Shown: positions 18,618 to 28,867, counted from the first letter of the stretch. The stretch: 64,000 nt of DNA from Candidatus Poribacteria bacterium (GCA_965205015.1 OZ242029.1:2912001-2976000), one strand, 5' to 3'. Notes: generated by a model not told the origin, from the letters alone. Numbers and translations: made by a program.

Positions 18618-21600
18618 TTAACTCGGTGCTTCCGCACGAGCAAGCAGTTTGTTGAGGTTATAATTGACGCTTGTCGCGTTGAAGTCCGGTTCCTTCTGGA
18701 ACGGTTCTCGAATGTAGCGAGGTTCTTTCACTGTCTCACCATCTATTTCAACGATAGCGAGAATAAAGTTGTCCGGCTTGTTGAATGCCGTAAAAATCTG
18801 CGTTTTAGAAACAGTAACAGTTGTCGCAGCAACGGACTTTCCTTTTACCTCAATGAACAACAACTGATTGGTGTTCGGATCCCTGGACTCAATGTCGTAG
18901 CCAGGATTTTCATGGTGCATCTCTTTCGGCTCTCGACCCAACCTGCATTCTGCCTCCATAACAGCATCGACTGCGAGTCTATCAATTCGTTCTCTGTCGG
19001 TTTGCGAAACTTCAATAGATGTGGGGAGTTCGGGCTCGGTGGCAGCCTCTAATAAACGCCGTGGGACAATAAGCGCACCACCGATAACGACCGGTGACAT
19101 TGGTGAGATACGACGCTCCAATTCTAACTCGTCTGTCCGTTTTTGAAGTCGTGCTTGCAATTCATCAGCGCGTTGCCGTGCCTGTGCAGCATTGAGACTC
19201 GCCATCTGTTTCCCGGCTTCCTCTTGCAGTTTTAGCTCATAAGCCCGGTTGTCCCAGTGGTTAATCTCTTTTGTCAATCGTGCTTTGACTGCGTCCATCG
19301 TTTTTTGCACAAGTCGTTCTTTATGCGCCTTGATTTCATTGAGATGTTCTGGGATAAGATGTTCCGCTGCATAAGCGATAATCTCCGATTCCAGATCGTC
19401 CCGTAACCACTGTGCTTCTAATACTGTTGCTATCCCTGAACGTTCATCGTCAGTTATTGGGCGGTAGTCGAGGTAAGGAGCGTATCCCGGATTGCTAACA
19501 ACTTTGTTGCTATTGATTTCCACAAATTGCATTTGCCGCGAAACAGTCCATCTGTTGCCATCACGGCGCACACGTCCATCTTGGATAGCATGCTCAAGAT
19601 AAAATAGGACGCGAACGTCATCACTCTGTTCATGCGGATCCACCAAAATAGCACCTTGTTTAAGTAGGTTGCGGTGGTGTTCGAGTATTAAATCCAACGT
19701 TGCATCCAGCAACGGATGTCCCGGACAGACGAACGCGGCGAGCGGTTTGCCTTGAATGCGAACCTTATCCTTTTCAAATGTAATCCGCTCGTATCGCTGT
19801 TGGATAGGTTCACCGCTGCCGATACTTATGTCTCGGTTACGAATTATCGCGGGGACATTACGAATTTCGTAGCGTTTGGGTTCACGTTCTCGAAGGGTTC
19901 CACCAAGTTGTGCAAACGCCTCACGGAAAAAAGAGGCGATAAAGTGCGGCTGCAAACGCCTCGCTTCTGCGCGTTCCATTTCATCACGGATGTTACCGAG
20001 TTGAGTTGTATCAATTGTTCCATGTGTTAAGGAGTGTTCATCAATCAGTGATTGTAAATGATTTCTATCTAATGCGCTGTCAATCACTTCTGTCAGTCGT
20101 GCCTTGACTTCAGGTGTGTCGCCTGCACGAATCGCGTCAATGAGCATATCCCGTAATGATGTATCGGTAAAACATTTACCGAGTACATCGAAGACCGCGC
20201 CTCCCAATGCTTTACGCTGTTGTTCAAGTTTGTCGAGGAGTGCCTCAAACACTGCGCCCTCGCGAGTGTCTGAGGCGACAAGATTCCAGAGGTGACACAC
20301 TTCTGTCTGTCCGATTCGGTGGATCCGTCCGAACCGCTGTTCAACGCGATTGGGATTCCACGGCAGGTCGTAGTTCACCATAAGATGTGCGCGTTGTAGA
20401 TTGATACCTTCACCTGCAGCATCCGTTGCAACCAAAATTTGTACCTCTGGGTCTTGGGTGAATAATTCCTGGACCTTCTGTCGATCGTTATGTCGCATGC
20501 TGCCGTGAATCGTGACAACCGCTTCGGGGCGTCCGATCAGTGTTTGAATGCGTTCTGTCAAATAGCGGAGCGTATCTCGATGCTCTGTGAAGATGATGAG
20601 TTTGCGCCGATATCCTTGCAGGTTAAACAATTCGTGAGCAGGAGCATCGCCTTCCCCTTGTAAAAGATTTGACAATTCCTCCCACTTCCGGTCTGTACCG
20701 CTTTGGTGGACGTTTTGTGCGAGCGTCTCTAAGCGTTGAAGCGTCTGGATTTCAGCTTGCAGTTCAGCAATAGTCTGCGCTGCCGAGGCACGTGCGACGA
20801 CTGCTTCCTCAGTCGTTTCCACTTCTTCAGCGGGGGCTTCGTCATAAAAGTCGTCTGCCTGCGCAGCGTCCGCAGGTAGGTTATCATCCGCTTGTATATC
20901 TAACCTATCTTGGGCATGAGGCTTGCGTTGTTTTTCTTCCTGTTGCCGTTCTTCCAACCGTTCCCGGCGACGTTGGATTGAGCGATAAATCGCCTCTGGT
21001 GAGGATGCAAGTCTTCGCTGTAGGATGGTGAGCGCGAAGCCGACTCTGTTACCGCGTTGCCCATCAAGCCGGTCGGCGCGATTCATCTCCTCGCGGACGT
21101 ATTCTGTTACCTCGTCGTATAGTTCCGCCTCTAATTCAGATAACTCGTAGTTAACCGTGTAAGCGAACCGTTCTGGGAAGAGCCGTGTCCCATCGAATTT
21201 CAGCAGCTCTTCTTTAACCATACGACGCATCAGATCGGAGGTATCCACGGTAGGGACGCCTTCTCGAAAACGTCCTGCAAACCGATCCGGATCGAGGAGT
21301 GCCATAAAGCGTTGAAACTCCGCTTCTTTACCGTTGTGGGGTGTCGCGGTTAACAATAGAAAATGGCGTGTAAGGTTTCCAAGCAATTCCCCGAGTTGAT
21401 AGCGTTTTGTCAGAGATATTTTATTCCCAAAGACTGAAGCCGACATCTTGTGTGCTTCATCACAGACGATAACGTCCCAGTTGGTTACCTTTAATTTCGC
21501 TTGAATATCTTCACTACGACTTAATTGGTCCAGCCGACAGATAAGGAGATTCTCTTCCTGAAACAGGTTGCCAGTGCGAGCTGTATTAAATTTTTCGCGG

Positions 21601-22148
21601 GTGAAAACCTCAAAGGAGAGATAAAAGCGTTGACGGAGTTCTGCCTGCCACTGCTCGACGAGGCTACCCGGACATACAATCAGGCACCGTTTCAGGTCGC
21701 CGCGGACGAGGAGTTCCTTGAGATACAACCCGGTCATAATCGTCTTTCCTGCGCCGGGATCATCCGCGAGCAGATAGCGCAAAGGTTGGCGTGGCAGCAT
21801 CTCTTCGTAAACCGCGGTAATTTGGTGTGGTAGCGGTTCTACTTGTGAGATGTGGACTGCCAGACGCGGATCAAACAGATGTGCCAACCGAATGCGATGG
21901 GCTTCAGAGACAAGCCGAAAATTCTCACCATCTCCGTCAAAACTCCATGGGAGGCTTTCGGTGAGGATTTCAAGGGAGGATTCACTCTCGCGGTACAGGA
22001 GTTCACTACCGAGTTGACCATCGGCAGCTTTGTAAGTCAGTTCAATTCCAACAGTCCCTAACGGTTTCGCAGCAACAACGGTGACCTGTTGGTTCGGTAA
22101 TATGCCTTTGACAATAGTGCCTGGTTGAAGTTCTTCTAAGCGTGCCAA
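18618..22148 (-). CDS. SNF2-family helicase with C-terminal DUF3883 (PD-(D/E)xK) nuclease domain
   Basis: LLADDPGAGKT, DEAH, LLLTATPH, ATDAAGEGINLQ, EQRFGRIHRIGQ; tail GYDIESR...FIEVKG. Confidence 0.92.
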   Translation of the reverse strand: MARLEELQPGTIVKGILPNQQVTVVAAKPLGTVGIELTYKAADGQLGSELLYRESESSLEILTESLPWSFDGDGENFRLVSEAHRIRLAHLFDPRLAVHISQVEPLPHQITAVYEEMLPRQPLRYLLADDPGAGKTIMTGLYLKELLVRGDLKRCLIVCPGSLVEQWQAELRQRFYLSFEVFTREKFNTARTGNLFQEENLLICRLDQLSRSEDIQAKLKVTNWDVIVCDEAHKMSASVFGNKISLTKRYQLGELLGNLTRHFLLLTATPHNGKEAEFQRFMALLDPDRFAGRFREGVPTVDTSDLMRRMVKEELLKFDGTRLFPERFAYTVNYELSELEAELYDEVTEYVREEMNRADRLDGQRGNRVGFALTILQRRLASSPEAIYRSIQRRRERLEERQQEEKQRKPHAQDRLDIQADDNLPADAAQADDFYDEAPAEEVETTEEAVVARASAAQTIAELQAEIQTLQRLETLAQNVHQSGTDRKWEELSNLLQGEGDAPAHELFNLQGYRRKLIIFTEHRDTLRYLTERIQTLIGRPEAVVTIHGSMRHNDRQKVQELFTQDPEVQILVATDAAGEGINLQRAHLMVNYDLPWNPNRVEQRFGRIHRIGQTEVCHLWNLVASDTREGAVFEALLDKLEQQRKALGGAVFDVLGKCFTDTSLRDMLIDAIRAGDTPEVKARLTEVIDSALDRNHLQSLIDEHSLTHGTIDTTQLGNIRDEMERAEARRLQPHFIASFFREAFAQLGGTLREREPKRYEIRNVPAIIRNRDISIGSGEPIQQRYERITFEKDKVRIQGKPLAAFVCPGHPLLDATLDLILEHHRNLLKQGAILVDPHEQSDDVRVLFYLEHAIQDGRVRRDGNRWTVSRQMQFVEINSNKVVSNPGYAPYLDYRPITDDERSGIATVLEAQWLRDDLESEIIAYAAEHLIPEHLNEIKAHKERLVQKTMDAVKARLTKEINHWDNRAYELKLQEEAGKQMASLNAAQARQRADELQARLQKRTDELELERRISPMSPVVIGGALIVPRRLLEAATEPELPTSIEVSQTDRERIDRLAVDAVMEAECRLGREPKEMHHENPGYDIESRDPNTNQLLFIEVKGKSVAATTVTVSKTQIFTAFNKPDNFILAIVEIDGETVKEPRYIREPFQKEPDFNATSVNYNLNKLLARAEAPS

Positions 22149-22279
22149 ATTGAGTCATCCTTGCGTTTTAGGTTAATTGAAATAGTTGCGAATGGAACGG
22201 ATTTCGCAGATTTTGGGAACTCTATTTTTTTACGGTTTTCGTAAAAATGTAATGAATTTTACCGATGCCAATGCCTTAA

Positions 22280-22301
22280 AATGTTACACCAGTGTAACAT
22301 T
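22280..22301. promoter_or_regulatory. Perfect 10-2-10 palindrome upstream of the defence operon (candidate operator)
   Basis: AATGTTACAC-CA-GTGTAACATT, about 130 bp upstream of the helicase start; extra half-site GTGTAACATT at 22401-22410. Confidence 0.5.
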
Positions 22302-22595
22302 GCAGACACAGGGGTCAGTATCTCTAACCTTAGATGCTGTCTGCCTTCCGAAGCATTTTTTAGGACTGATGTTCTGTCAGAAAAAAATAATTTGGCGGAA
22401 GTGTAACATTTTCTTTGTTTTTGATGTGCTTCCTTAGTGATTGGGATTTACATACATCTATGATAACATATTTGATGTAGGGATGCAAATTTATCTTTAT
22501 CGTGAAATCTACAATTACTTGGACATAGTGAGAAGGCGAGGTTGCAAATCTCGCCCAGTCGGAGGTATGAGGTGGTTAGGATGACTATTTAATGT

Positions 22596-23957
22596 GTCAC
22601 TTACCCCCATTTTTTTCTGAAGGTTTGTGGTGAAAGGTTTTAGTTGTAAAAAGTGTGAGAAACTCAGTGGGTTTATGATAAAATACCTCCTTACAGCAAC
22701 TGTTTGTAAACGCATTTTACAAAACATGTAAGGAGGTATTTTATGAAAAAGAGATACCCAAAACGGGTAAATCCAGAAACGATGATAACACGTTTTGGAG
22801 AAATCTTCAAGTCTGTTGGTATGAAAAAACCGGTTTTTCGGAATCTGGTATTGGTCTTGATAGCGATCAGTGTTGCCCCGACGTTTCGGATCAATGAAGT
22901 TGCGTCGCGTTTGTCGCTCGTCGTCAAGCGGGAGAAGTCGAAACAGAAAAGGTTTCTGCGTTTCCTTGACACCCCACTGCCGATTGATGCGCTCAAAGAA
23001 GCGTGGTTCGTGTCGGTTGTGGGTTGGTTTTTCAAGGATGCGGGTGCTCATCTGTATTTGCTCGTTGATGAGACGTCTCTGATTGCCGGGTGGAAAGCCC
23101 TTGTTGTTTCGATCCCGTTTCGGCATCGTGCGATCCCTGTCTTTTGGTTCATCTATAGCGATCACCAGCTTCACGAGGGTATCTATAAGAGTCATAATGA
23201 GATTATCCAATACTTCTGTGTCCATGTTTATCAAGAGGCTTTAGGGGTGGTGTCGCGGCATCAACAACGACCTGTTCTGGTGTTTGACCGTGGTTTTGGG
23301 CGTGCGCGATACGTCATCAAGTTTCTCAAGGCACGGGATATCCCGTTCGTGATGCGTGTTGCGAGAAATGTCGGTATCCGGCATGATGGGAGTCTGAAGA
23401 AACTTGATGACCTCGAAGCGGGCTGGTATCGGCATATCCTTTATCAGGCGCAGGAGCAGATACCGCTTCAACTCTATATCCTCAGAGATGAGACCTTCAA
23501 AGACCCGATGTATCTTATCTCCAATCGCCTCAGTGGACATCAGATACATCACTGCTACAAACGCCGCATGCAGATTGAACACGGGTTTCGAGATATAAAG
23601 TCGTGCTTCGGATTTGGTAAACTCGTCTTGAAAAAACCGACACAAGCGCGTCTGGAGGTCCTTTGGTTATGTGCCTGCCTCGCTTATGGATTGCTGTTTA
23701 TCAGTTACGAGAAGGTCGCCTCTACGCATTGGCAGAGGGCATATAATAGTAATAACAGAAAAACTTTTTCTGTTATTACTATTATCAAACGCGTGCTCAC
23801 CGACTTATGGAACCAACACTTTCTTATCTCCTTTTTCACCGAGATAGGTGCCAGAGGGGATCCACTTTTCGGACCCACTCACTGACTGACTTTCTCACAG
23901 AAAAACCTGACTACATCAACTACAATCTACTCTCGAAAAAAAATGGGGGTAAGTGAC
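22596..23957 (+). mobile_element. Complete IS4-family insertion sequence (1362 bp)
   Basis: Terminal inverted repeats gtcacttacccccattttttt / aaaaaaatgggggtaagtgac; 11-bp target duplication ctatttaatgt at 22585-22595 and 23958-23968. Confidence 0.95.
22743..23885 (+). CDS. IS4-family DDE transposase
   Basis: LLVDET, VFDRGF, YKRRMQIEHGFRDIK (YREK signature); RBS aggagg. Confidence 0.92.
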   Translation: MKKRYPKRVNPETMITRFGEIFKSVGMKKPVFRNLVLVLIAISVAPTFRINEVASRLSLVVKREKSKQKRFLRFLDTPLPIDALKEAWFVSVVGWFFKDAGAHLYLLVDETSLIAGWKALVVSIPFRHRAIPVFWFIYSDHQLHEGIYKSHNEIIQYFCVHVYQEALGVVSRHQQRPVLVFDRGFGRARYVIKFLKARDIPFVMRVARNVGIRHDGSLKKLDDLEAGWYRHILYQAQEQIPLQLYILRDETFKDPMYLISNRLSGHQIHHCYKRRMQIEHGFRDIKSCFGFGKLVLKKPTQARLEVLWLCACLAYGLLFISYEKVASTHWQRAYNSNNRKTFSVITIIKRVLTDLWNQHFLISFFTEIGARGDPLFGPTH

Positions 23958-24007
23958 CTATTTAATGTTTGTTGCTTTAACCTGTGGATTTATGCTAATA
24001 TAATGTC

Positions 24008-25045
24008 GTGAACTTAAAAGCCATTTTTGAACAACTTCAAGGCAAGCGGGTCGTGATTATCGGTGATGTCATCCTGGACACATATATCTGGGGGGATGTG
24101 AAGCGAATTTCGCCCGAAGCCCCTGTTCCAGTGTTTGAGACGTTGACAGAGCAGACCGGATGTGGTGGTGCGGCGAATGTCGCCCAGAATGTTGCCAGCT
24201 TAGGTGGCAACGCAACTCTGGTCGGGGTCATCGGTGAGGACAGGGAAGGCGAAAAGTTAGTCCAGATGCTCACCGAGATGAATCTCATGACTACCGGGGT
24301 CTATAGGGATCCTCAGCGCCCGACAAGCACAAAAACACGCGTCATTGCCCGGGGTGCCACGATCTCCCCGGATCGGGAACGGGATTCGGGGCATCATCTG
24401 CTCCGCATTGACAGGGAATCCAAGCAGGAGATCTCTCCCCAGATACGGGAACACCTGTTGGACACTGTCGCTTCTCAGTTGCCAGCAAGCGATGCAATTA
24501 TCTTCGCTGATTACGATAAAGGGGTGGTCACTGACCTGTTTATCAAGGGTGTTATGAAACACGCCAAGTCTTACGGTATCCCCATTATCGTCGATCCGAA
24601 GCAAAACAACTTCTGGCACTATGAAGGTGTAACCGCCGTTACGCCGAACCATAAAGAGGCAAGTGCCGCTGTCCATAAAGACATCGTGGATGTGTCCGAT
24701 CTGGTCGCTATTGGTGAGAAAATTCTGGACAGGTTATCCCTCAAAGCGTTGCTAATCACTCGCGACGCGAAGGGGATGTCTCTGTTTCAACGTGAGGCGG
24801 ACAGTACTGTCAAGGTGGAACACCTCCCACCACATTCAAACATCGTGACGGATGTTACAGGCGCAGGGGACACGGTTGTCGCCGCCTTCACGCTTGCACT
24901 CGCGGCGGATGCTGAATTTCGGAGTGCTGCGATGCTGTCCAGTCTCGCGGGTGGAATAGCCGTCGGTAAGATGGGGTGTGCAACCGTCACACCGAAGGAA
25001 TTGCTGCACGCTATTGAAACGACAGTGCCTGCTCCGGGACTGTAG
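24008..25045 (+). CDS. rfaE1: D-glycero-D-manno-heptose-7-phosphate kinase (RfaE domain I, stand-alone PfkB kinase)
   Basis: IGDVILDTYIWGDVKRISPEAPVPV, GGAANVA, DYDKG, TPNHKEA, DVTGAGDT. Confidence 0.9.
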   Translation: MNLKAIFEQLQGKRVVIIGDVILDTYIWGDVKRISPEAPVPVFETLTEQTGCGGAANVAQNVASLGGNATLVGVIGEDREGEKLVQMLTEMNLMTTGVYRDPQRPTSTKTRVIARGATISPDRERDSGHHLLRIDRESKQEISPQIREHLLDTVASQLPASDAIIFADYDKGVVTDLFIKGVMKHAKSYGIPIIVDPKQNNFWHYEGVTAVTPNHKEASAAVHKDIVDVSDLVAIGEKILDRLSLKALLITRDAKGMSLFQREADSTVKVEHLPPHSNIVTDVTGAGDTVVAAFTLALAADAEFRSAAMLSSLAGGIAVGKMGCATVTPKELLHAIETTVPAPGL

Positions 25046-25057
25046 GGAAAAGTAAGA

Positions 25058-25639
25058 ATGAGGACTATTTTTCTGGATCGGGACGGTGTTATCAACCGGA
25101 ATCCACCCAATAAAGGCTACGTCCGGAAATGGGCAGAATTCACCTTTCTTCCGAATGCTCGGAAAGCAATCCGAGAATTATCGGAAAGTGGTTATCGAAT
25201 TATTGTTGTGACCAATCAATCAGGAATCGGGAGAGGGCTCTATTCAGAGGAAGATTTGGCGGATATCCACTCGAAAATGGTCTCCGAAGTTAGCAAAGCG
25301 GGTGGAACAATTGATGCCGTTTATTACTGTCCACACCGTCCCGATGCAGGGTGCGAGTGTCGAAAACCGAAGCCGGGTATGTTAGTACGCGCCGCACGTG
25401 AGCACAACATTGACCTGTCAAACGTCTATTTGATTGGCGACGTACCTACAGATATTGAAGCGGGACAACGTGTCGGTGCTACAACGTTTCTCGTTTTAAC
25501 AGGACTTGGACGGGAGAGTTATTACCACTACATTAATACAAAACCTTGTCGGCATGCGGATAAGAACGAACACCGTCCCGATAAAATCTTCACAAATCTT
25601 TACACAGCGACGCGCTGGCTCAGGGAGATTAAACGGTAG
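25058..25639 (+). CDS. gmhB: D,D-heptose 1,7-bisphosphate phosphatase (HAD family)
   Basis: FLDRDGVIN, VVTNQSGIGRG, YCPHRPDAGCECRKPKPGML. Confidence 0.9.
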   Translation: MRTIFLDRDGVINRNPPNKGYVRKWAEFTFLPNARKAIRELSESGYRIIVVTNQSGIGRGLYSEEDLADIHSKMVSEVSKAGGTIDAVYYCPHRPDAGCECRKPKPGMLVRAAREHNIDLSNVYLIGDVPTDIEAGQRVGATTFLVLTGLGRESYYHYINTKPCRHADKNEHRPDKIFTNLYTATRWLREIKR

Positions 25640-25814
25640 CCTACAACAATACGCAGAAATACACAGAAACACACAGAAATACCCAAGCAAAGACACCAAG
25701 CAAAGACTTTCTTCGCATTGGATTTCAGCGTTTGCAAAAACACGCAGGCGGGTTTACGCAAAGGCACGAGAAAGTTCCAATTTCCCTGACCGACCCGCAA
25801 GGTAAAATTAAAAA
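25636..25814 (+). repeat. Dispersed repeat family A copy plus cagaaa/ccaagcaaa short repeats, ending at the start codon
   Basis: ...cgcaggcgggtttacgcaaaggcacgagaaagttcc...cccgcaaggtaaaattaaaaa-ATG. Confidence 0.7.
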
Positions 25815-27125
25815 ATGATTCTTGAAAAAATAGAAACCCAGACGGCTCGCGCGGGGGTTATCGGGCTTGGATATGTAGGACTTCCGCTTACGGTTGCGAT
25901 CGCGGGGGCGGGATTCCGAGTTACAGGCATCGATATCTGTTCAGAAAAAATAGAGCGATTAAAACAGGGCATCTCCGATGTCCCCGATATCCCCGACGCA
26001 GTGCTTGCACCCCTGATTACATCCGGGCAGATTCAGGTTACAACAGACTTTTCTGTGCTACGGGAGTTGGACACAGTTAATATCTGTGTGCCGACCCCTT
26101 TAGGCGAGAACCGAACCCCCGACATGCAGTTTATCATCGCTGCAGTTCAGCAACTTGCGCAATACCTCCACCCTGAACAACTGATTATCCTCGAAAGCAC
26201 TACCTACCCGGGCACCACTGAAGAAGTTGTGTTGCCGAAACTCAACACCCGGTTTCCCGGCACCAAACAAGTAGGGCGCGATTTTTATCTCGCCTACTCA
26301 CCGGAACGGATTGAACCGGGAAATAGCACCTATTTCGTGACAAACACACCTAAAATTATCGGGGGTGTTACGCCGCGATGCACCCACATCGCGAAAACTT
26401 TCTACGCGCAGTTCATCAGTAAGACACACACAGTATCTTCACCCCGAACCGCAGAAATGGTCAAACTCTTAGAAAACACGTTTCGGAGTGTCAACATCGG
26501 CTTAATTAATGAGGTAGCCCTTATCTGTGACCGGATGGATTTGGACGTATGGGAAATCATTGACGCGGCTGCGACAAAGCCGTTTGGATTTATGCCGTTC
26601 TATCCGGGACCTGGGCTCGGCGGACACTGTATTCCAATCGATCCACATTATCTCTCTTGGAAGGCACAGATGTATCAGTACCACGCTCGGTTTATTGAAC
26701 TCGCTACCGAAATTAACAATGAGATGCCGAAATATGTGTTAGACAAGATCATCCACGCCCTGAATCTTCAACGTAAACCGTTGAATGGCGCGAAATTATT
26801 AATCTTGGGGGTCGCCTATAAAAAGGACATCGGCGATATTCGCGAATCCCCTGCACTCGAAGTAATTCGTTTAATTCTTGACAAAAAAGCGGAATTCCTA
26901 TATCATGACCCGTATATAAAAGACGTGTCTCTTGATGACTCGGAAATTTATCACTCAGCACCCCTAACAGTAGATCTCATAGAAAGTGTTGATTGTGTTG
27001 TCATCCTAACCGACCACAGTGCTATAGACTACGGCTGGCTCGTCGAGCATGCCCGACTGATTGTTGACACACGCAATGCAACGCGCAGTGTGAAGAAAGG
27101 ACAGGAAAAAATTATCAAAATTTAA
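25815..27125 (+). CDS. UDP-N-acetyl-hexosamine 6-dehydrogenase (WbpA/WecC-like)
   Basis: GLGYVGLP, ICVPTP, LESTTYPGTT, SPERIEPG, KLLENTFRSVNI, GPGLGGHCIPIDP. Confidence 0.9.
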   Translation: MILEKIETQTARAGVIGLGYVGLPLTVAIAGAGFRVTGIDICSEKIERLKQGISDVPDIPDAVLAPLITSGQIQVTTDFSVLRELDTVNICVPTPLGENRTPDMQFIIAAVQQLAQYLHPEQLIILESTTYPGTTEEVVLPKLNTRFPGTKQVGRDFYLAYSPERIEPGNSTYFVTNTPKIIGGVTPRCTHIAKTFYAQFISKTHTVSSPRTAEMVKLLENTFRSVNIGLINEVALICDRMDLDVWEIIDAAATKPFGFMPFYPGPGLGGHCIPIDPHYLSWKAQMYQYHARFIELATEINNEMPKYVLDKIIHALNLQRKPLNGAKLLILGVAYKKDIGDIRESPALEVIRLILDKKAEFLYHDPYIKDVSLDDSEIYHSAPLTVDLIESVDCVVILTDHSAIDYGWLVEHARLIVDTRNATRSVKKGQEKIIKI

Positions 27126-27229
27126 AGGGTAGACACAAGACCTACCGCTACATTTACCATTTTCAGCGCAGCTTGTAGGTGGGAACTCCGGTTCCTGACT
27201 GCTTTGCTGTGAGAAATCGGAGCATAAGA

Positions 27230-28867
27230 ATGTCAAACCCAAATCTAAGATTTCACGTACAGCGGGACCAACTCACGTGGTTTCTCGACCTACTTTTAGA
27301 TGAAAGAGAGCTCTTTCAATTGAGTGCCTCTACCGGCATTGTCCTCGATGTGGATCGACTGTATGCCTTATCAAGGCGAGAATTACTCGTAAATTTAGCC
27401 GATGTGTTTTTGGATGTCATTGGCACAAGAAAACCTGCACTAAAAAATCCGGAAGCTTCGTTGGAAGCGCACCTTCACGAGGATCCTGAGCGTGTGGCTT
27501 CTGAAGTCAACACGTTAGTCAGCCAATTTCTTACTGAAAAAGCGCAGGCTGCGATCTCCCGAGTCGGATATATGGAAATCTCCGAAATCGAAACATTTTT
27601 CAAAACGTCTGATGTCCTCATAGAAGGCGGCGATTTTGGCGAAGTCGTCTGGGCACTTCTCACCGACCAACGAACCGCAGTCGTCGAGCATGGCTATAAA
27701 CTCCTCAACACAACATACGAATCTATAGAAGTCGCTCATACAAATGGAGGCGGGACCGTCCAGAGTATGGATCAAGTGGAAAGAATCGGCACTCAACGGG
27801 TTGACGACTCGGAAAGTGAACCGCAACCCTCGGAGACACCTGTCCAAGACCTCGAGCATCTTGAACGACAACTGGCTGACTCTAAAGCAGACTATACCTC
27901 GCTTGAGCAAAAACATAACCGATTAGATCAACAGCGTGCGCTTCTCTTAGAGGAAAACAAGGGATTGAAAACGAAAGCGGAGGAAACTCATGGAAACGAA
28001 AAACGATTGAAGGCTCTTGAACAGGAAAATCACATACTTCGTGAACAGGTAGCACAATATATTGAAAACACCGCCGAACTACAACAACTTGCCGATGACC
28101 GTCAACACCTCCTCGCTGAAAAAGAACGGATGACAGAACAACTCAGGGAATATGAACAAATTAAGGCAGCCAAGGAGACCTTTACGACTGATCTCAAGTT
28201 GGTTGAGGAGGCAGTCTACAAAGGGCATCAAGGCATCGAAGACTTTCAAACAACGCTGGACAGCCACTTCGATATTCTGGAAAACTCCCATCAGGCGGCA
28301 CGAGGGGCGTTGAATCAGATTCGTCAAACGCTTGCTTACTTGGATACCCAGCAGGAGGTCCCCGAGGGTCAGAACCTCTACAATTTGACGACCGAGCAGC
28401 CCCGTGTCGGTGTGTTCGTTGATGTTCAAAATATGTTTTATGCCGCCAAAGATCGTTTTGGACGCAGGGTCGACTACATCAAACTCCTGGATCTGATAGT
28501 CGGCCCCCGGTATCTCATGGTAGCCTATGCCTATGTCGTCCAGATACCCGAAATCAACCAATCCAGTTTCCTATCCCTTCTTGAGCACAACGGTTATACA
28601 ATTAAGAGTAAAGACCTGCGTTTGCGCGGCGACGGATCTGCAAAAGGGGACTGGGATGTCGGCATTGCAGTGGATGTCGTTTCAATGCTCGGCTCATTGG
28701 ACGTTGTTATTCTGGCAAGCGGTGATGGCGACTTTTGTCCACTTGCCGAGCTCATCAAACAACAAAATAAACGTGTGGAGGTCGTCGCTTTTGAGCATAA
28801 TACTTCCATGGATCTACAACAAATCGCGGACCAGTTCTTTCCAATCGGAGACGAGTTGCTCATCTGA
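27230..28867 (+). CDS. NYN (LabA/DUF88) domain protein with long N-terminal coiled coil
   Basis: C-terminal VGVFVDVQNMFY, KGDWDVGIAVD, LASGDGDFCPL; central heptad-rich region. Confidence 0.85.
   Translation: MSNPNLRFHVQRDQLTWFLDLLLDERELFQLSASTGIVLDVDRLYALSRRELLVNLADVFLDVIGTRKPALKNPEASLEAHLHEDPERVASEVNTLVSQFLTEKAQAAISRVGYMEISEIETFFKTSDVLIEGGDFGEVVWALLTDQRTAVVEHGYKLLNTTYESIEVAHTNGGGTVQSMDQVERIGTQRVDDSESEPQPSETPVQDLEHLERQLADSKADYTSLEQKHNRLDQQRALLLEENKGLKTKAEETHGNEKRLKALEQENHILREQVAQYIENTAELQQLADDRQHLLAEKERMTEQLREYEQIKAAKETFTTDLKLVEEAVYKGHQGIEDFQTTLDSHFDILENSHQAARGALNQIRQTLAYLDTQQEVPEGQNLYNLTTEQPRVGVFVDVQNMFYAAKDRFGRRVDYIKLLDLIVGPRYLMVAYAYVVQIPEINQSSFLSLLEHNGYTIKSKDLRLRGDGSAKGDWDVGIAVDVVSMLGSLDVVILASGDGDFCPLAELIKQQNKRVEVVAFEHNTSMDLQQIADQFFPIGDELLI

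Noticed and set aside
7238-22148. Calling the operon BREX or DISARM
   Set aside because: No PglZ, BrxA/B/L, DrmA/DrmB or PLD gene is visible; the gene set fits the DUF499/DUF1156 restriction-like type
22280-22301. Palindrome as an enterobacterial-type Zur box
   Set aside because: Half-sites look similar (AATGTTA) but the spacing differs and the adjacent genes are not metal-related
22515-23234. 239-aa minus-strand ORF
   Set aside because: Antisense to the transposase, crosses the IS end, no recognisable motifs
23973-24010. Leaderless promoter for rfaE1 next to the IS end
   Set aside because: Only a weak -35/-10 match; cannot be supported without transcript start data
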